From positions 1 to 35,931 of IMG/VR virus record IMGVR_UViG_3300031519_000087: 35,931 nt of DNA; one strand, 5' to 3'. Below are positions 8,277 to 16,434 of the stretch, in pieces. Position 1 is the first letter of the stretch, and each line of letters opens with the position of its first letter. The stretch is from a virus. Lineage: Duplodnaviria > Caudoviricetes. The position numbers and the translations under genes were made by a program. The notes under the pieces are model-generated. The model worked only from the letters and a program-made list of their open reading frames with translations. It did not search any database and was not told the DNA's origin.

Positions 8277-9026
8277 ATGAATAAACAAAAAATATTATTA
8301 ATTGATGGCGATATTTTATTATACAAAATTGCTATGAATAATGAAGTACCTACAGACTGGGGTAATGGTTTGTGGACATTACATGCTGATGAAAATGTAT
8401 GTAAATTAGATGTAGATGCAGTGATAGATAATTTAGGTTCTAACTTTTCTGCTGATGATTATGTAGTTTGCTTAACAGACAAGCATAACTTTAGAAAAGA
8501 TGTGTTACCTAGTTACAAAAGCAACAGAAAAAATATCCGTAAACCTATGATGTTAAAAGCATTGCGTGAATATGTAATGGAAAAACATAATGGTGTTGTT
8601 TGGAAAAACTTAGAAGCAGATGATGTTATGGGTATCATGGCAACAGAGCCTTCTATAGATGAACGAATTATTGTTAGTATTGATAAAGACATGAAAACAA
8701 TTCCATGTAATTTATCTGCTGACGGACAAACAGTCACACCTATACCACAGCGACTAGCTGATTACTGGTTTATGATACAAACATTAACTGGTGACAAAAC
8801 TGACGGTTATGATGGTATTGAAGGAGTAGGCATCAAGACTGCTGAAAAACTAATAATGAAGTATACTAATGTTCCCTTATTAGACCTATGGAAAATAGTC
8901 AAAAAGATTTATGTAGATAAAGGTTATACTGAGGCAGAAGCCTTACAGCAAGCCAGAGTTGCACACATTTTAAGACATGGAGAATATAACAAAAAGACAG
9001 GAGAAGTAAAATTATGGCAGATTTAA
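8277..9026 (+). CDS. gp6: 5'-3' exonuclease (T7 gp6-like)
   Basis: LLIDGD, YKSNR, EADD, SIDKD and GDKTDGYDG motifs; AAGGAG RBS before the in-frame ATG 8277. Confidence 0.96.
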   Translation: MNKQKILLIDGDILLYKIAMNNEVPTDWGNGLWTLHADENVCKLDVDAVIDNLGSNFSADDYVVCLTDKHNFRKDVLPSYKSNRKNIRKPMMLKALREYVMEKHNGVVWKNLEADDVMGIMATEPSIDERIIVSIDKDMKTIPCNLSADGQTVTPIPQRLADYWFMIQTLTGDKTDGYDGIEGVGIKTAEKLIMKYTNVPLLDLWKIVKKIYVDKGYTEAEALQQARVAHILRHGEYNKKTGEVKLWQI

Positions 9027-9238
9027 TTAAGAGCCCACCACACTACAATCAAGGCAGTATTGAACCTATTGATTATATTGTCGCTAATAAACTTACATAC
9101 TGTGAGGGTAATGTTGTAAAATATATTTCTAGGTGGAGACACAAAGGTGGTGTGGAAGATTTAAAAAAAGCAAAACAATACATTGATTTTATCATAGATA
9201 AAGAAGGTGTTACAACAGTTACAGAAACGAAAGATTAA
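9014..9238 (+). CDS. DUF3310 / T7 gp1.7-like putative nucleotide kinase
   Basis: PPHY...IEPID...GNVVKYISRW..KGG.EDLKKA..Y signature; AGGAG RBS. Confidence 0.85.
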   Translation: MADLIKSPPHYNQGSIEPIDYIVANKLTYCEGNVVKYISRWRHKGGVEDLKKAKQYIDFIIDKEGVTTVTETKD

Positions 9239-9244
9239 ATAATT

Positions 9245-11002
9245 ATGAGCATAGACTATAGCAGAGATGAGTTGCTTACTGAATTTGGTAAGACAACATT
9301 AAAAGATAGATACTTACTACCCACAGAAACATCTCCTCAAGATGGATTTATGAGAGCCGCTAAAGCTTTTTCTGATAGTGATGAAATGGCAGAGCGTATC
9401 TATTCTTATGCATCTAAGCTATGGTTTATGTACTCAACACCTATTTTGTCTAACGGTGGTGCTACTAGAGGCATGCCTATATCATGTTTTTTAAATTATG
9501 TAGGTGATAGTAGAGAAGGATTAACTGGACACTACACAGAGAATGCTTGGTTAGCATCCGTTGGTGGTGGAATTGGTGGCTACTGGGGTGACATACGAAG
9601 TGATGGAGTTAAAACTTCTGGTGGTTCTCAATCATCAGGTTCAATTCCTTTTCTTCATGTAGTAGACTCAGAAATACTTGCGTTCTCTCAAGGTAAAACT
9701 AGAAGAGGTAGTTATGCGGCATACATGAATATTAGTCACCCAGAAATTATAGAATTTTTAGAAATGAGAAAGCCTAGTGGTGGTGATGTGCATAGAAAAT
9801 GTTTAAACCTACATCATGGTGTCAATTTATCTAATGAATTTATGGAGTTAATAGATAATTGTATTAAAGAACCGACACATGATGATAGCTGGAATTTAAT
9901 AGACCCACATACTAAAAAAATAGTGCGGACTGTATCAGCAAAAGATTTGTGGCTTAAAATTTTAGAGACTAGAGTAGCCACTGGTGAGCCTTATGTTTCA
10001 TTCATTGATACTGTTAATGAAGCATTGCCTGAAACACAAAAGAAATTAGGATTGAAAGTACATCATTCAAATTTATGTACTGAGATTACACTGGCAACTG
10101 CTGAAGATAGAACTGCTGTATGTTGTTTGTCTTCTGTTAATTTAGAAAAGTATGATGAGTGGAAAAATGACTCAAGATTTATACCTGACTTAGTTAGGTT
10201 TTTAGATAATGTATTACAATTCTTTATTGATAAAGCTCCCGAAGAATTATTTAGAGCAAGGTTTAGTGCATCACAAGAAAGAAGTATTGGACTAGGTGCT
10301 ATGGGTTTTCATTCTTATTTACAATCTAAAGGTATACCATTTGAATCAGCTTTAGCTAAGTCAATGAACTTAAAAATGTTTAGAGAAATGAAAGAACAAG
10401 CTGTAGCAGAGAGTAAAAGACTTGCAGTTAAAAGAGGAGAAGCTCCTGACATGGAAGGCACTGGAATGAGACATGCTCATTTACTAGCTGTTGCTCCTAA
10501 TGCTTCTTCTTCTATTATATGTGGTACAACTTCTCCATCTATAGAGCCATTTAGAGCTAATGCTTATGTGCAAAAAACTATGTCTGGTTCATTTCTAGTT
10601 AAGAATAAATTCCTAGAAAAAATTCTGGAGAAAAAAGGAATTAACAATGAAAAGATATGGACATCTATTTTATCTAACAGAGGGTCTGTGTTACATTTAA
10701 AAGAATTGTCTGACAATGAGAAGGATGTATTTAAAACTGCTATTGAAATTAATCAACAATGGATAATAGAACATGCTTCCGATAGACAACAATATATTTG
10801 TCAAGGACAATCAGTTAATGTGTTTGTTCCTGCTGATGTTAACATTAAAGAACTACATGACATACACATGTTAGCTTGGAAAAGAAAATTAAAAACTTTA
10901 TACTATTGTCGTTCAGAAGCTATTAAGCGTGCAGAGTTAGTATCTAAAAAAATAGAACGAACTATTATACCTGAAGCAGATTGTTTAGCTTGTGAGGGAT
11001 AA
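9245..11002 (+). CDS. nrdA: Ribonucleotide reductase class Ia alpha subunit (short, no evident ATP cone)
   Basis: ISCF, SNLCTEI, CCLSS, APNASSS, KTLYY and C-terminal CLAC motifs; 585 aa. Confidence 0.97.
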   Translation: MSIDYSRDELLTEFGKTTLKDRYLLPTETSPQDGFMRAAKAFSDSDEMAERIYSYASKLWFMYSTPILSNGGATRGMPISCFLNYVGDSREGLTGHYTENAWLASVGGGIGGYWGDIRSDGVKTSGGSQSSGSIPFLHVVDSEILAFSQGKTRRGSYAAYMNISHPEIIEFLEMRKPSGGDVHRKCLNLHHGVNLSNEFMELIDNCIKEPTHDDSWNLIDPHTKKIVRTVSAKDLWLKILETRVATGEPYVSFIDTVNEALPETQKKLGLKVHHSNLCTEITLATAEDRTAVCCLSSVNLEKYDEWKNDSRFIPDLVRFLDNVLQFFIDKAPEELFRARFSASQERSIGLGAMGFHSYLQSKGIPFESALAKSMNLKMFREMKEQAVAESKRLAVKRGEAPDMEGTGMRHAHLLAVAPNASSSIICGTTSPSIEPFRANAYVQKTMSGSFLVKNKFLEKILEKKGINNEKIWTSILSNRGSVLHLKELSDNEKDVFKTAIEINQQWIIEHASDRQQYICQGQSVNVFVPADVNIKELHDIHMLAWKRKLKTLYYCRSEAIKRAELVSKKIERTIIPEADCLACEG

Positions 11003-11127
11003 TGTTAGATAGATTTTTATATAACTTTTTTAGCAAGTGTGATGATATATTAATTTGGATAGCTAATTTATATCCAAAACCTAAACCAAGAAAGAAAAAA
11101 AGAAATGACACACCCAGACGATTTTAA
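11002..11127 (+). CDS. Small hypothetical protein, 41 aa (MLDRFLYNFFSKCDDILIWIANLYPKPKPRKKKRNDTPRRF)
   Basis: Translated by hand. TAATG coupling to the nrdA stop with GAGGG upstream; amphipathic N-terminal half and basic tail. Confidence 0.7.
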   Translation: MLDRFLYNFFSKCDDILIWIANLYPKPKPRKKKRNDTPRRF

Positions 11128-11272
11128 AGTTACTTACAAAAAAAGAAAACCAAAACCAAAACACACAGTTATGTGGACAGTATATCATACTATCTTAGCT
11201 GTTGAATTATTAATCATTATTATTATAGAAGGGATAGAATTATATGGGCAAATCATCAACGGACAATTATAA
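11105..11272 (+). CDS. Small single-pass membrane protein, 55 aa (MTHPDDFKVTYKKRKPKPKHTVMWTVYHTILAVELLIIIIIEGIELYGQIINGQL)
   Basis: Translated by hand. Basic N-terminus then a hydrophobic segment; overlaps both neighbours. Confidence 0.75.
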   Translation: MTHPDDFKVTYKKRKPKPKHTVMWTVYHTILAVELLIIIIIEGIELYGQIINGQL

Positions 11273-11408
11273 AATTAGAGATGGAAAACATATACCTACT
11301 CAGAAATATAAAGATAACTGGGAAAGAATATTTGGTAAAAAAGAAATAGTTGAAGAACTTCCAAAAGAAGAAGCAGATTACATAAAAGAATTGGAAAAAA
11401 AGATATGA
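11244..11408 (+). CDS. Small hypothetical protein, 54 aa, with YKDNWERIFGKK motif
   Basis: Translated by hand (MGKSSTDNYKIRDGKHIPTQKYKDNWERIFGKKEIVEELPKEEADYIKELEKKI). AAGGGA upstream; ATGA overlap with the nrdB start. Confidence 0.8.
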   Translation: MGKSSTDNYKIRDGKHIPTQKYKDNWERIFGKKEIVEELPKEEADYIKELEKKI

Positions 11409-12355
11409 GTTTATTTGAAAAACGAACACACTACAAACCATTTGAATACACATGGGCATTTGAAGCTTATGATTCACACCAGAAAATGCATTGGTTACCA
11501 AGCGAAGTTCCTTTACATGAAGATGTAAGAGATTGGAATGAAAGATTAACAGCAGAAGAAAAGAATCTTATAGGACAAATACTTAAATTCTTTACACAAG
11601 GGGATGTAGATATTGCGCAAGCATATCTTGATAAGTATATTCCTAAATTTAAACCACCAGAAATTAGAATGATGTTGTCGGCAATAGCTACTTCAGAGGC
11701 TAATCATGCACATAGTTACTCATTATTAAATGATACTATTGGTTTACCTGACAGTGAGTACAAAGCATTTCAAGAATATAAAGAAATGTCTGACAAACAT
11801 ACCTATTTATTTGAGTCTAAAGGTAAAGGAATAGAAGGATTAGCTAGAGAAATAGCTTGTTTTTCTGCATTTGGTGAAGGCTTACAGTTGTTTGCTTCCT
11901 TTGCAATGCTTCTTAACTTCTCAAGATTTGGTAGAATGAAAGGAATGTGTCAGATAGTTACTTGGAGTATCAGAGATGAGACACACCATGTAGAAAGTAT
12001 GATTAAATTATTCCATGCACTTATAAAAGAAAACCCGAATATTTGGACAGAAAAATTTAAGGCAAGTATCTATCAAACATGTAGAGATATGGTAGATTTA
12101 GAAGATAAGTTTATTGATTTAGCTTTTGCTCAAGGTGGCATCAGAGGTTTAAAGTCTGATGAAGTTAAACAATACATAAGATACATAGCTGATAGAAGAC
12201 TATTACAATTGTCTTTAAAACCTAACTATGGTGTAAAACAAAACCCTTTAGGTTGGTTAGATTGGGTGTTAAATGGTGTAGAACATGCTAACTTCTTTGA
12301 GAATAGAGCTACAGAATACAACAAAGGTAGCATCACCGGAAACCTATGGGATTAA
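11405..12355 (+). CDS. nrdB: Ribonucleotide reductase class Ia beta subunit
   Basis: Di-metal ligands FFTQGD, EANH, FGEG and RDETHH; radical Tyr in HAHSY; NFFENRATEY tail. Confidence 0.97.
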   Translation: MSLFEKRTHYKPFEYTWAFEAYDSHQKMHWLPSEVPLHEDVRDWNERLTAEEKNLIGQILKFFTQGDVDIAQAYLDKYIPKFKPPEIRMMLSAIATSEANHAHSYSLLNDTIGLPDSEYKAFQEYKEMSDKHTYLFESKGKGIEGLAREIACFSAFGEGLQLFASFAMLLNFSRFGRMKGMCQIVTWSIRDETHHVESMIKLFHALIKENPNIWTEKFKASIYQTCRDMVDLEDKFIDLAFAQGGIRGLKSDEVKQYIRYIADRRLLQLSLKPNYGVKQNPLGWLDWVLNGVEHANFFENRATEYNKGSITGNLWD

Positions 12356-12356
12356 A

Positions 12357-12372
12357 GTACCCTTTTTAGAAG
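12357..12372 (+). promoter_or_regulatory. Putative late phage RNAP promoter (GTACCCTTTTTAGAAG)
   Basis: 15/16 identical to 26421-26436 and the same GTACCC-N4-TAGA frame as 8-23 and 2528-2543; sits at the start of the structural module. Confidence 0.75.
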
Positions 12373-12380
12373 AATAAAAT

Positions 12381-12563
12381 ATGCCAGACTTAAATGATGT
12401 AGAATTACCTACAAAAGTAGACGATTTGATTGAACTTTTAAATAAAGTTTATCCAGAAAAGTCACCTATTATATCAGATAAACCCAATGAAATATACTTT
12501 CAAGCAGGTCAAAGAGATGTAGTAAAATTTATTAACATGCTAAAAGAGAGGACTCAGAAATAA
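12381..12563 (+). CDS. Small hypothetical protein at the head of the structural module
   Basis: 60 aa with a AGQRDVV segment; position equivalent to the T7 6.5 region. Confidence 0.8.
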   Translation: MPDLNDVELPTKVDDLIELLNKVYPEKSPIISDKPNEIYFQAGQRDVVKFINMLKERTQK

Positions 12564-12564
12564 T

Positions 12565-12783
12565 ATGTGTATGTCAGCACCTAAAGTACCACAAGTAACA
12601 CAAGCGCCAGCGCCAGTTTTACCTATTGAATCACCAATTGCAGAAGAAAAAGTTGCTAAAGTAGAAACAGCAGTTGATACTCAAGAAAGTATTTCTAAAA
12701 AAGCAAAAAAAGTTGGAACTACAGCGTTACAAACTTCATCTGGTTTAAATATACCAACTGTATCTGGTTTAAATATTACATAA
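12565..12783 (+). CDS. Small virion protein (T7 gp6.7/7.3-like)
   Basis: MCxxxPK N-terminus, Pro/Ala-rich, SGLNI-type C-terminus, immediately before the portal. Confidence 0.75.
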   Translation: MCMSAPKVPQVTQAPAPVLPIESPIAEEKVAKVETAVDTQESISKKAKKVGTTALQTSSGLNIPTVSGLNIT

Positions 12784-12784
12784 C

Positions 12785-14347
12785 ATGCAATACAACAGCG
12801 TAAGCATGTTACAACAAAGCGCTAGACAGCGTTACGAAGCATTAAAACAACACAGAGAACACTTTTTAGATAGAGCACAAGAATGTAGTGAGCTAACTAT
12901 TCCTTCTCTCCTTCCCCCTGATGGTTTTCATTCATCAACAGACTTATACAATCCCTTTCAATCCGTAGGTGCAAGAGGAGTAAACAATTTATCTTCTAAA
13001 TTATTACTTTTATTATTACCACCTAACGCTCCTTTCTTTAGATTATCAATTTCAGGTGACGCTAAAAAAGATTTAGACCAACAAAAAGAAATGAAGTCTG
13101 AAGTAGAAAAATCTTTAGCAACTATAGAAAGAGAAGTTTCAAGTAAAATTGAACAACTAGCTTTAAGAGTTTCAGTATTTGAAGCATTAAAACATTTAAT
13201 TATTGCGGGTAATGTATTAACTTATCTTCCTAAAAAAGGAAGTATGAGAGTATTCCCTTTATCAAATTTTGTATGTAAAAGAGATGCGTCAGGAAATATT
13301 TTAGAATTAATAATTAAAGAAACTATTCATCCTACTTATTTAGATACAGCAACTTTAGAAAAATTACAACAACAAGAAGAATATAAACCTGATGAACAGT
13401 GTGATTTATATACTCACATTTATAAATTAGATGACAAGAAATTTTATACTTGCCAAGAAGTAAAAGGTTTTAAAATAGAATCTTCTATTGGTGAATATCC
13501 AGTAGATGCTTTACCTTACCAAGCATTAAGAATGGTTAGAGTAGACAATGAAGATTATGGAAGAAGTTATGTAGAAGAATTTTTAGGTGATTTAAAATCA
13601 TTAGAAGGTTTATCTCAAGCGCTTGTAGAATCTGCGGCGGCTTCATCTAAAGTAGTATTTATGGTTAGACCTAACTCAGTTACTAGAAAAAAAGATTTAG
13701 CTCAAACTAGAAATGGTGATATTATAACAGGTAGTGCTGATGATGTTGCTGTACTTCAATCACAAAAACAATATGATTTACAAGTAGTTGAAAGAAGTAT
13801 TACTAAATTAGAAGAAAGAATGTCTTACGCTTTCTTATTAAATACAGCTATTCAAAGAGATGCTGAAAGAGTAACAGCACAAGAAATTAGATACATGGCT
13901 CAGCAATTAGAAACTGCTATGGGTGGTATTTATTCTTTATTGTCTCAAGAATTTCAATTACCTTTAGTGACCATCTTAATGAAAAGAATGGCAACAGCTA
14001 ATGAAATTCCTACATTACCAAAAGGTACTGTTACACCTACTATTATTACAGGTGTAGAAGCTTTAGGTAGAGGTAATGATTTACAAAAATTAAGAGAATT
14101 TGTAGCTGAGATAGGAAACTTAGCACAGATAAATCCTGCAATTGCATCAAGCATTAACTCGCAAGATTTAGTTAAAAGAATTGCCACAGGTTTAGGTATT
14201 GAAACTGAAGGACTTCTTAAGAGTGAAGAACAATTAGCTCAAGAACAAGAAGCACAAGCAGATGAAATGCAAAACCAACAAATGATGGGCATGGCTGAAA
14301 AAGCTATTGCTCCTGCTGTAAATGGCATGATGAAACAACAACAATAA
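12785..14347 (+). CDS. gp8: Head-tail connector (portal) protein
   Basis: LTIPSL, QSVGARGVNNL, EDYGRSYVEE, AERVTAQEIR and ALGRGNDL motifs; 520 aa. Confidence 0.98.
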   Translation: MQYNSVSMLQQSARQRYEALKQHREHFLDRAQECSELTIPSLLPPDGFHSSTDLYNPFQSVGARGVNNLSSKLLLLLLPPNAPFFRLSISGDAKKDLDQQKEMKSEVEKSLATIEREVSSKIEQLALRVSVFEALKHLIIAGNVLTYLPKKGSMRVFPLSNFVCKRDASGNILELIIKETIHPTYLDTATLEKLQQQEEYKPDEQCDLYTHIYKLDDKKFYTCQEVKGFKIESSIGEYPVDALPYQALRMVRVDNEDYGRSYVEEFLGDLKSLEGLSQALVESAAASSKVVFMVRPNSVTRKKDLAQTRNGDIITGSADDVAVLQSQKQYDLQVVERSITKLEERMSYAFLLNTAIQRDAERVTAQEIRYMAQQLETAMGGIYSLLSQEFQLPLVTILMKRMATANEIPTLPKGTVTPTIITGVEALGRGNDLQKLREFVAEIGNLAQINPAIASSINSQDLVKRIATGLGIETEGLLKSEEQLAQEQEAQADEMQNQQMMGMAEKAIAPAVNGMMKQQQ

Positions 14348-14357
14348 GGATAAACAT

Positions 14358-15107
14358 ATGGTTGATACCGTAGAAATAAGTACAGAAGATACTGGTTCAG
14401 ATAAACCAGCAGTAAATGAGACACAGTCCGCACAAAGTAAACCTGAAGGATTACCAGAAAAGTTTAACTCAGTTGATGAGTTAGCAAAATCATATCAGGA
14501 ATTAGAAAAGAAACTTGGTGAACAATCTCAGCCTAAAGCAGGAGAGCCTACATTAAAAGAAGAAACAAAAGCTGACCCAAACAATTTAGATATAGCTGAA
14601 AAAGCTGTTGAAAATGCTGGTTTAGATATGACTTCTTTACAAGCAGAGTATTCTGAAAAAGGTGAACTAGATGCTAAGTCTTATGAAGCTTTAGAAAAAG
14701 CTGGCATAACAAAAGAATATGTAAACAATTATATTGCTGGACAAGAAGCACTTGCTACAAACTCAGCTAATGAAATTAAAGCTACTGTTGGTGGTGCTGA
14801 AGTTTACAAAGCAATGAGTGATTGGGCATCTAACAATATGAGTGATGGTGAGAAACAAGCTTATAACAAAGCTGTGAATAGTGGAGACATGGACACAGTT
14901 AAGTTAGCAGTAAGTGCACTTAAAGGTCAATATGAAAGAGCTAATGGTAAAGAGCCTACACTTGTGGCTGGCAAAGCACAAGCAACACAAGAAGCAGGTT
15001 ATGCATCTTGGGCACAAGTTACTGAAGCTATGTCTGACCCTAGATATGCTAAAGATATTGCATACCAAAATGAAGTTAAAGCTAAATTAGGAAACAGCAG
15101 TCTTTAG
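14358..15107 (+). CDS. gp9: Capsid assembly scaffolding protein
   Basis: LPEKF...LAKSYQELEKKLG, VGG..Y..M..WA and AMSDPRY motifs; acidic; between portal and capsid. Confidence 0.95.
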   Translation: MVDTVEISTEDTGSDKPAVNETQSAQSKPEGLPEKFNSVDELAKSYQELEKKLGEQSQPKAGEPTLKEETKADPNNLDIAEKAVENAGLDMTSLQAEYSEKGELDAKSYEALEKAGITKEYVNNYIAGQEALATNSANEIKATVGGAEVYKAMSDWASNNMSDGEKQAYNKAVNSGDMDTVKLAVSALKGQYERANGKEPTLVAGKAQATQEAGYASWAQVTEAMSDPRYAKDIAYQNEVKAKLGNSSL

Positions 15108-15220
15108 TGTTACCTAAAACAGAAAAAATATTTAGACTTAAATGTCTAATTAAGAAATGTCGTGAGCGGGGTAAATTCCTGCTCGGCATCAAGCTTGCTA
15201 AAAAACTAGCAAGTCTATAG
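15107..15220 (+). CDS. Candidate small basic protein, 37 aa (MLPKTEKIFRLKCLIKKCRERGKFLLGIKLAKKLASL)
   Basis: Translated by hand. GTG overlaps the scaffold stop (TAGTG); 11 Lys/Arg in 37 residues; coincides with the hairpin array. Confidence 0.45.
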   Translation: MLPKTEKIFRLKCLIKKCRERGKFLLGIKLAKKLASL

Positions 15221-15290
15221 TTGTGCTCCTTTTTAGGGGGCAACTGCCAACATATATAAATAAGTAGAGTAACCTTACCACCTGCGGGTG
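15132..15290 (+). ncRNA. Candidate structured RNA / cis-regulatory leader upstream of the capsid gene (five hairpins)
   Basis: Stems at 15132-15149, 15157-15189, 15194-15213, 15220-15244 and 15279-15290 (c-UGCG-g tetraloop), all paired by eye. Confidence 0.5.
15223..15240 (+). promoter_or_regulatory. Possible divergent capsid-gene promoter (GTGCTCCTTTTTAGGGGG)
   Basis: Shares CCTTTTTAG with the late promoter at 12357 and lies at the phi10-equivalent position, but the 5' half deviates. Confidence 0.35.
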
Positions 15291-15365
15291 ACAATCTGGA
15301 AATGAAACTGACTGATATGTGAGGGCTTTCTATAAACAATAACAGTAACAAAGGAAAATAATAAT

Positions 15366-16352
15366 ATGGCAAATGCAACACCCGTAAGTCAAGGTTTAGT
15401 AAATGCATCCGGTACTGAAGACGCATTGTTTCTGAAAGTTTTTGCAGGTGAAGTTCTTACTTCATTTGACAGAGCATCAGTAACAAACGGAGCTGAAATG
15501 GTTAGAAGTATTTCTTCTGGCAAATCAGCAACTTTCCCCGTAATGGGTAGAGTCGGTGCGGCTTATCATGTAGCAGGTGCAGAAATTACTGGCTCAGACG
15601 TAAACCACAACGAAAAGGTTATTACAATTAATGACCTTCTATTATCTTCTGTGTTCTTATCGAACATTGAAGAAGCAAAAAACCATTGGGATGTTAGAAG
15701 TGCATATTCTATGGAAATCGGCAGAGCGCTGGCTTTCCAAAAAGATAAGCATATCTTACAAACTATTGGACAAGCATCTCTAGCATCAGCAAATGTTGGT
15801 GACACTGGATATGCGGCAGGTACTACTATTACTAATACTGGTATAGCTTCTGCAACTGCGGCAACTGCGGCTAACGCTGTAATTGATGCGCTGTTTGATG
15901 CGGCTAAACAGATGGATGCTAACTTCATTCCTAAAGAAGGAAGAAAAGCGTTCATTAGATTAGAAGAGTATTACAAACTAGCAAATGGTACTAATGTAGT
16001 TAATGTTGACTTTAGTGGTCAAGGTTCAATTGCAGAAGGTAAAGTAGTTAAAGTAGCTGGAATTGAATTGATTCCAACTCCTCACTTTATTGATGGTAAC
16101 ATTGCGGCGGCTAATGACCAAACTGCACCTTCAGGAAAATCAGCAACTATTGCTGACCCTCAAGCAGTTAACTTAACAAATTATGTTTGTTTAGTGTCAC
16201 ACCCGTCTGCGGCTGGAACTGTAAAATTAATGGACTTGGCTGTTGAATCAGAATATGATATCAGAAGACAAGGAACATTAATGGTTGCTAAATACGCTAT
16301 GGGTCATGGTGTACTTAGACCAGAAGCGGCTATCGGAATTAAAGAAGCTTAA
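15366..16352 (+). CDS. gp10: Major capsid protein
   Basis: ALFLKVFAGEVLT, GKSATFPVMG, EKVITINDLL and KYAMGHGVLRPEAA motifs. Confidence 0.99.
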   Translation: MANATPVSQGLVNASGTEDALFLKVFAGEVLTSFDRASVTNGAEMVRSISSGKSATFPVMGRVGAAYHVAGAEITGSDVNHNEKVITINDLLLSSVFLSNIEEAKNHWDVRSAYSMEIGRALAFQKDKHILQTIGQASLASANVGDTGYAAGTTITNTGIASATAATAANAVIDALFDAAKQMDANFIPKEGRKAFIRLEEYYKLANGTNVVNVDFSGQGSIAEGKVVKVAGIELIPTPHFIDGNIAAANDQTAPSGKSATIADPQAVNLTNYVCLVSHPSAAGTVKLMDLAVESEYDIRRQGTLMVAKYAMGHGVLRPEAAIGIKEA

Positions 16353-16374
16353 TAGCTAAACTTTAATACAGATT

Positions 16375-16410
16375 TGGCGGGGGCAGGAGACTTAACCCGC
16401 CATTTCTATT
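16375..16410 (+). terminator. Tphi-like terminator after the capsid gene
   Basis: TGGCGGG (16375-16381) pairs with CCCGCCA (16396-16402), with an inner AG-GAGA-CT mini-hairpin and a following TTTCTATT. Confidence 0.75.
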
Positions 16411-16434
16411 AATTCATTTTTAATTTAGGAGAAT

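Noticed and set aside
11003-11404. Intron or homing endonuclease between nrdA and nrdB
   Set aside because: Both RNR genes are complete, no HNH, GIY-YIG or LAGLIDADG motif is present, and the gap is explained by three small ORFs.
11256-11501. 81-aa minus-strand hydrophobic ORF across the nrdB start
   Set aside because: Its Phe richness mirrors A-rich Lys/Glu codons on the + strand, and it overlaps two better-supported genes.
15108-15365. tRNA gene in the scaffold-capsid gap
   Set aside because: No cloverleaf, T-loop GTTC motif or acceptor stem; the hairpins are tandem rather than nested.
16335-16370. T7 gp10B-like -1 frameshift extension of the capsid protein
   Set aside because: No clear slippery heptamer, the -1 frame closes within a few codons, and the gene ends in tandem stops TAATAG.
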